Below are positions 57,490 through 64,000 of a stretch of DNA of 64,000 bases, piece by piece. The notes under the pieces were generated by a model. The model saw only the letters and a program-made list of their open reading frames with translations, was not told where the DNA came from and searched no databases. The number at the start of each line of letters is the position of its first letter. Within the stretch, counting starts at the first letter, position 1. Made by a program: the position numbers and the translations under genes. The stretch is taken from contig OZ024748.1 in NCBI GenBank assembly GCA_964016885.1, forward strand, positions 36,518,001 to 36,582,000. Direction: 5' to 3'. The DNA is from Eledone cirrhosa. Its lineage: Eukaryota.

Positions 57490-58745
57490 TTAATTGTAAG
57501 TTGTGATGTTGCTGTTCCACTCATATTTTCTATTTAATTTTGGTTTTAATTCTTTTATGCTTACTGCCTCTGTAATTTGCCTAAACATTGTGTCTTTTCT
57601 GTGTGTGGATTCTATTTTTATTTCTATGCTCTCTAATCTACCCCTGTGTTCTATCTTAGCATGTTGGTAGAGCACAGATGATTCTTTATTATCTTGGAGG
57701 TCTCGCCAGTGTTCATTTATTCGTTTCCCTATACTACGAGCTGTCTCACCTATGTACACTATATTTTTGTTTCTACATTGTCCTTCAGTACATCTTATGC
57801 TATACACTACATTTCTAGTTTTACAGTTAATATGGGGGCTTATTTTATAGGTTATACATTTCTTATCTATACATGAGGGTCTTTGGAACGGGTATGTCTT
57901 GCTAATAAGTGTTTTTACGGAGGTACCAGGTCTTTCTACTATCTTAATATTGAGATTATGTTTATTTAGGGCCCTTCTAAATTTGTAGGCTAGTTCGCCT
58001 CTAGGGGTTGTATTGATGAACATTACACTCTGGTATTTATTGCTATCATACCATGGGTTTATTCTATTGGCCTTGTTCCTAGTTCTTTCTATTCTGTTCC
58101 AAAATTTGCTCCTATACAAGGGGCAGGTCCCATTTATGTCATTATTTACGATTTTTTCCCATTTGGTTCTGGCTCCTTTATACACTCTGATTCTATCTCT
58201 CTGATTGTAGCCAGAGAACTGCATACGGTGGATGAAGTGTTGTATGTGTCTCTCTAGTTCTTCGGGGTTGCACATGCGGGACACATTTCTCATCACCCGT
58301 ACCAAATCCGCAATCAGTATGTTGATTTTGGTATGGTCCGAAATGGCCGAGTTTCGGTGGATCAGATGTTTGGAAGTCATGGGTTTGGCATAATGGGAAT
58401 GGAGGATTTGTTTTTGGTTGTTAATGGTATCTAACCAGAGCTCTGTGTCTAGTACAGGTAATCGATGGTTGGGGTGTCTACTTGGGTAGTCTATAGTAAC
58501 TCTAATACTCTGGTGGATGGAGTTTGCTATTTGCTGGATGCTTTCCATTGTGTTTTTCTCTAGTTCCTGACTGTTCTTTAGTGGGGGTGTCTTAACTACG
58601 ATGTTTATATCATCTACGTAGCGGGAGTACATTATCAGGGTTAAGCTGTCTTCTAATTGTTCATTAAGTTTTTGTTTAAGTCTACTGTCCCACCATACCA
58701 TGAATAAGTTAGCTATGTCGCCTGCAATGCTAACACCAATGGCTT
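57490..58745 (-). CDS. PLE polyprotein C-terminal part: RT motifs B-C, thumb, GIY-YIG endonuclease (after frameshift)
   Basis: AIGVSIAGDIANLFM, YSRYVDDI, LPVLD, NVVYSIRC..YIGETARS..RINEH. Confidence 0.92.
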
Positions 58746-61357
58746 TCTCCTTCCTCTTGGGCATATGTTTTACCATTAAATTTGAACATATGTTCCTTAA
58801 GGGTTAATTTTATGCTGGCCCCTACCGCATGTGCAATCATTTTCTTCAGTTCATCGTGGTTTTCGGGTGTCCGTATGGCTCTGGTCCACCCGTTCCATCT
58901 ATCTGTGTGGGTTTTCTTGGCCATTGAGGTAATGGTAGGTGGTCTACCTCTTGTTGGTCTTGTAGGGCACAGGTTGCTAAGGTCATAAGTGTCTAGGTAA
59001 CTATTACTATGGGTAAGCTTAAGTAGAAGTCCCAGCTCACTGGTATCAATCCCACGGAACTCAACCTTGTTCTCGCTGATCATTTCTACGCATTTCTCCA
59101 CAGCAAAATCCACGTCAATAGATGGATACAGGGACACAACATCCATACTGCCTATTATGCAGTTTGTTAGGTCCCCAGATCGGTTACCCGCGCCGATTCT
59201 GCTGAGGAGGTCCTCCGTGCTGTCACACACATCTGGGGACATCTCAATGATGGGGCGTATGATCATGGAGAGGAAGTAGGACAGTCTGTAGTTACTAGCA
59301 ATGTTAGCCCCACAGACTGGCCGTGTTGGTGGTCCCGCGACAGGGTCCCAGCCCGTTTTATGGTCTTTTCGAAGCCCATACAACGCCGGCACGTCATTGT
59401 TCCAGGCCTGGAAGTTGTTGGCAGTCCTTTTGTTGGGCTGCATTATATTCGTCCACATCACCATATGGGCATTGAGGGCTTTTTCTCTATCCTCATGCTC
59501 CTGTGGTGTTACCTCTCTTGTGTTAGTGATGTGGGGTTGCATTGCCTGGATGTAGTTTGGCAGGCTGTCAACCGACATTCTGCCAGATTTGTCTGTTGGA
59601 AAACATGCTATCTCTCCATTACGCGAGCGCTGCATGAGCTTACGCAAGCCATTTGCAGATTCTTCTCCCAGTTGCTGGGCCTCTATTCTATTATGCTTCT
59701 TGCTATACTGTTCTATAATATTTCTAAGTTCGGATTTAGCTATACTAAATTGTGCTTCTGTTTGTTCATCGACCTGCGACGGCAACTGCGTGCGTTTGTT
59801 AAATGGCAAAGTCGTGGCGTGGACTCGTCGTAGGTCGAATGATTTATCGGAGGGGTTATAAAACGGAGAGTTCCAGGCTGCTGCTTTATGTGTACTAGTG
59901 CTATTATTATTGTTAGTTGTGTTGTTTCTATTTCCACCAACAGCCTCAGCTTCATGGTTGTTTCTATGTCTCTCATAATTACTCCTGTCTCTTTCCACTG
60001 GCTCAATGTTGTTATCTACCCTATTTTGTGTGTCTGTGTGTTCGTCTTGGTTATTCTCTTTGTCCTTAGTCTCCCATCTCCTTTTCCTTTTAATCCTATT
60101 ACTTTCTCTTATTTCTCTGATTTCTGTGCTACTGTCATTACTTGTTTTCTGTGTCTGTGTGTTTGTTAAGATTGTGGTGGTGGTGGTGAGAGGCATTGAA
60201 TGCGTGTGTGTTGTTGTTGTTGATGTGTGTTGTTGTTGATGTGTGTTGTTGTTGTCTCCGTGTGTGTGTGTGTTATCGTTGTTGTGTGTGTTGTTATTGT
60301 TGTTTGTGTCTGCGTGTCTGTTGTTGTTGTATCTGGGTATGTTGCTATTGTTGTTGTTGTTGATGTGTGTGTTGTTGTTATTGTTGTCTCCGTATGTGTT
60401 ATCGTTGTTGTGTGTGTTGTTATTGTTGTTTGTGTCTGCGTGTCTGTTGTTGTTGTATCTGGGTATGTTGCTATTGTTGTTGTTGTATCTGGGTATGTTG
60501 CTATTGTTGTTGTTGTTGTTATTGTTGTTTGTGTCTGTGTGTCCGTTGTTGTTGGGATGTGTGTTGTATATGTGTGTGCGTATATTGTTGCTTTTGTTTT
60601 TGATGCTCCAGCGTAGTTTTGTAAATGATTTTTCTATTTCTGACAGACAACTAATCATATTTACCTTCTTGAATGTCGCAAATTTGGGTGGCAGACGTAA
60701 CACAGACATTTCATTATTATCTATTTCCGTGTTTCCATAAATGTTGGTATTTTCGTTGTTGAACTCTTCAGATAATGAGGTGTCGGCCATGTTGATACCG
60801 TCAATTTTGTCGGGATATCTATTGGTATACTCTATAGTATCCCGATTTAGTTTTGCCTGTTTAAGCCACTTTAATTTTCTGTTAAAGTGCTTATCACATT
60901 CTTGAGTAATGTACTGTTCTTCGGGGCGTATAAGGCTTATAAATGTTAGTTTTTCTGCTGGTGTGGTGATTTTAGATATTTCTTGTATTAGGTTACGCTT
61001 TAGTTTTTCTTGATGACTTAATTCTCTATAGATCTTCTTTTTTATGTTTAGAATTAAAGTTCGTTTTAGCCTATCTGCTTGTTTTTTGGTGAGTTGTAAT
61101 CTTCTAACGTCGGTATTGATGGTGTTGGTGTAGATTCTAGAAGTGGTGCACAGTTTTATGAAGCGTAGTTGTCGAGATGTTATGGTTTTTCGTAGACAAC
61201 AGAACATGGTGGTTTTCAGTATCTTGTTAGCCTGGCTAAGGCTTACGATATTTCGTTTCTGAATTTGTTTAGCAAGATTCTTTATCTGAAATCGTGTGTT
61301 GAAACCGATATTGTTATACTTTGGGAGGGTCATGTTGCCAATAAGAAACACACGCAC
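58746..61357 (-). CDS. PLE polyprotein N-terminal part and RT motifs up to B
   Basis: LRLPPKF, TDKSG, LYGLRKDHK, PTRPVCG, GSMDVVSLYPSID, FNGKTYAQEEG. First ATG at 61333. One extra base at 58744-58746. Confidence 0.92.
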
Positions 61358-61483
61358 CAGTTGCTTTCACTTCAATTTATTATATATTTATAAACTTAGA
61401 AATTTACAAATTTACAAATTTACAAACTTATAAATTTCTGGTTGGTTGGTTGGTTCCACAACCAGATAGTTGTTTATATATAT

Positions 61484-61528
61484 AGTCATAGTCCTTTCGT
61501 CACACACTCTGTGACCTCTTCAGTGACT
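61484..61528 (-). ncRNA. Type I hammerhead ribozyme in upstream pLTR
   Basis: Same fold as 57139-57183. Confidence 0.85.
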
Positions 61529-62044
61529 GGGGATTCCTTTCTTCGTTTCTGTGCCTTTCCTTTCTTCTATCCTACGCCATTTTGTTTCTGTGTGTGTGTG
61601 TTGTGTGCTCAGTTTGCGCATGCTCCACATCCGGGTGTCTGTGTGTATTTGTGTTCATTTTTCTATTTTTCTATTTATATTTTTCTATTTGTTTATTTAT
61701 TTATTTATTTATTGTTGGTTGGTTGTTTGTTCTATGTGTGTGTGTGTGTTTTCATTTTGTCCTGTGTGTGTTTTCATTTTGTGTGTGTTTTCAATTGTAA
61801 GTTGTTTGTTCTATGTGTGTGTGTGTTTTCATTTTGTCCTTAATTGTAAGTTGTGATGTTGCTGTTCCACTCATATTTTCTATTTAATTTTGGTTTTAAT
61901 TCTTTTATGCTTACTGCCTCTGTAATTTGCCTAAACATTGCGTCTTTTCTGTGTGTGGATTCTATTTTTATTTCTATGCTCTCTAATCTACCCCTGTGTT
62001 CTATCTTAGCAATAACAACAATAACAACAACACACACATCAACT

Positions 62045-62432
62045 CTCATGTATAGATAAGAAATGTATAACCTGTAAAATAAGCCCCCATATTAACTGTA
62101 AAACTAGAAATGTAGTGTATAGCATAAGATGTACTGAAGGACAATGTAGAAACAAAAATATAGTGTACATAGGTGAGACAGCTCGTAGTATAGGGGAACG
62201 AATAAATGAACACTGGCGAGACCTCCAAGATAATAAAGAATCATCTGTGCTCTACCAACATGCTAAGATAGAACACAGGGGTAGATTAGAGAGCATAGAA
62301 ATAAAAATAGAATCCACACACAGAAAAGACGCAATGTTTAGGCAAATTACAGAGGCAGTAAGCATAAAAGAATTAAAACCAAAATTAAATAGAAAATATG
62401 AGTGGAACAGCAACATCACAACTTACAATTAA
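62045..62432 (+). pseudogene. Inverted GIY-YIG fragment of the PLE
   Basis: YSIRC..YIGETARSIGERINEH..LNRKYEW. Confidence 0.9.
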
Positions 62433-62739
62433 GGACAAAATGAAAAAACACACACACATAGAACAAACAACTTACAATTGAAAACACACACAAAATGAAA
62501 ACACACACAGGACAAAATGAAAACACACACACACATAGAACAAACAACCAACCAACAATAAATAAATAAATAAATAAACAAATAGAAAAATATAAATAGA
62601 AAAATAGAAAAATGAACACAAACACACACAGACACCCGGATGTGGCGCATGCGCAAACTGAGCACACAACACACACACAGAAACAAAATGGCGTAGGATA
62701 GAAGAAAGGAAAGGCACAGAAACGAAGAAAGGAATCCCC

Positions 62740-62784
62740 AGTCACTGAAGAGGTCACAGAGTGTGTGACGAAAGGACTATGACT
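62740..62784 (+). ncRNA. Type I hammerhead ribozyme in inverted pLTR
   Basis: AGTCA-CTGAAGA-G GTCACA gagtg TGTGAC-GAAA-GGAC-TA-TGACT. Predicted cut after 62779. Confidence 0.85.
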
Positions 62785-63014
62785 ATATATATAAACAACT
62801 ATCTGGTTGTGGAACCAACCAACCAACCAGAAATTTATAAGTTTGTAAATTTCTAAGTTTATAAATATATAATAAATTGAAGTGAAAGCAACTGGTGCGT
62901 GTGTTTCTTATTGGCAACATGACCCTCCCAAAGTATAACAATATATATATATATATATTATACATATATATATATATAATACATATATATATAATACATA
63001 TATATATAATACAT

Positions 63015-63088
<74 letters not shown>

Positions 63089-63262
63089 GGATCAAAGTGA
63101 TTATGAGGTAAATAAATAATAAATAGTTACCTGTTTCTTAATCTGGTTGAGAATGTCTGTAATACAATGGTAGTAAAATGGGTGTACGTTGTTAAACATA
63201 CTGTCTTCTCTTTTAGAACCTAATAGGAATAGATATACAGGATGGTGACAATGTCTGAGTAG

Positions 63263-64000
63263 AGTGGTGGTGTAGTGGTGGTGGTTGTGGTGGTTTTGGT
63301 GGTGTAGTGGTGGTGTTAGTGGTGGTGTTGGTGGTGGTGTAGTGGTGATGGTAGTGATGGTGTTGGAGGTGGTGGTGGTGGTGGTAGTGGTGGCGGTGGT
63401 GGTGGTAGTGGTGGTGGTGGTGTAGTGGTGGTGGTGGTGTAGAGGTGGTAGTAGTGTAGAGGTGGTAGTAGTGGTGGTGGTGGTGGTGGTGTAGTGGTGG
63501 TGGTATTGGCAGTGGTGGTGGTGGTGGTGCTGGTGTAGTCGTTGTGGTGGTGTGGTTGTGGCGGTGTAGTGGTGGTAGTAGAGGTGGTGTTGATGGTAGT
63601 GTAGTGGTGGCGGTGGTGGTGGTGGTGTTGGTGGTGGTGGTGGTGGCGGAGTGGTGGTGGTGGTTGTGGTAGTGGTGGTGGTGGTGTAGTGGTGGTGGTA
63701 GTGGTGGTGTTGGTGTTGGTGGTAGCGGTGGTGGTGTAATGGTGGTGGTGGTGGTGGTGTAGTGGTGGTGGTAGTGGTGGTGGTGGTGGTGATGGTGGTG
63801 GTTGTGTAATGGTGGTGGTGTTGGTGGTAGTGGTGGTGTTGGTGGTGGTGTAGTGGTGGCGTTGGTGGTGGTGGTGTTGGTGGTGGTGTAGTGGTGGTTG
63901 TGGTGGTGTAGTGGTGGTGGTGGTGGTGGTGGTGTTGGCAGTGGTGGTGGTGGCGGAGTGGTGGTAGTGTAGTGGTGGTTGGGGGTATGTTGGCGTTGGT
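63263..64000. repeat. Degenerate (GGT)n/(GTA) low-complexity repeat
   Basis: Directly visible; runs off the window end. Confidence 0.95.

Larger units (their letters stand above)
56905..62943 (-). mobile_element. Near-complete Penelope-like retroelement: body, upstream partial tandem pLTR and inverted 5'-truncated copy
   Basis: pLTR copies at 56905-57490, 61250-61840 and inverted 62432-62943. RT and GIY-YIG domains. Both ends lie in (TA)n. Confidence 0.96.

Noticed and set aside
58782-60740. Plus-strand ORFs antisense to the PLE
   Set aside because: Shadow frames of the RT ORF and of (GTT)n repeats.
63263-64000. Telomeric repeat or Pro/Thr-rich exon
   Set aside because: Not TTAGGG; a degenerate trinucleotide repeat with no splice or ORF support in the window.

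Overview
AT-rich eukaryotic DNA, probably an octopod cephalopod (inferred from the tRNA-derived SINE families and massive (TA)n/(CA)n content). It opens with a 6.5-kb 43-bp satellite showing higher-order structure. A spliced minus-strand host gene at about 11.3-15.9 kb encodes a divergent BCAP/BANK1(PIK3AP1)-like TIR-DBB protein. The rest is transposon-derived: SINEs, RLE-LINE, hAT, MITE, solo-LTR and Helitron fragments, and many Penelope-like retroelements (PLEs), including a near-complete RT + GIY-YIG copy at 56.9-62.9 kb with one frameshift. The main unannotated signal is about 20 type I hammerhead ribozyme (HHR) motifs (intact, variant or partial) from roughly ten unrelated families. Most sit in head-to-head inverted duplications with 3' tails pointing outward, usually into (TA)n. 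One family is a non-coding 537-bp tandem monomer with a canonical GUC hammerhead (retrozyme-like). Most listed ORFs are microsatellite artefacts. All folds and family calls were made by eye, and many element boundaries are approximate.
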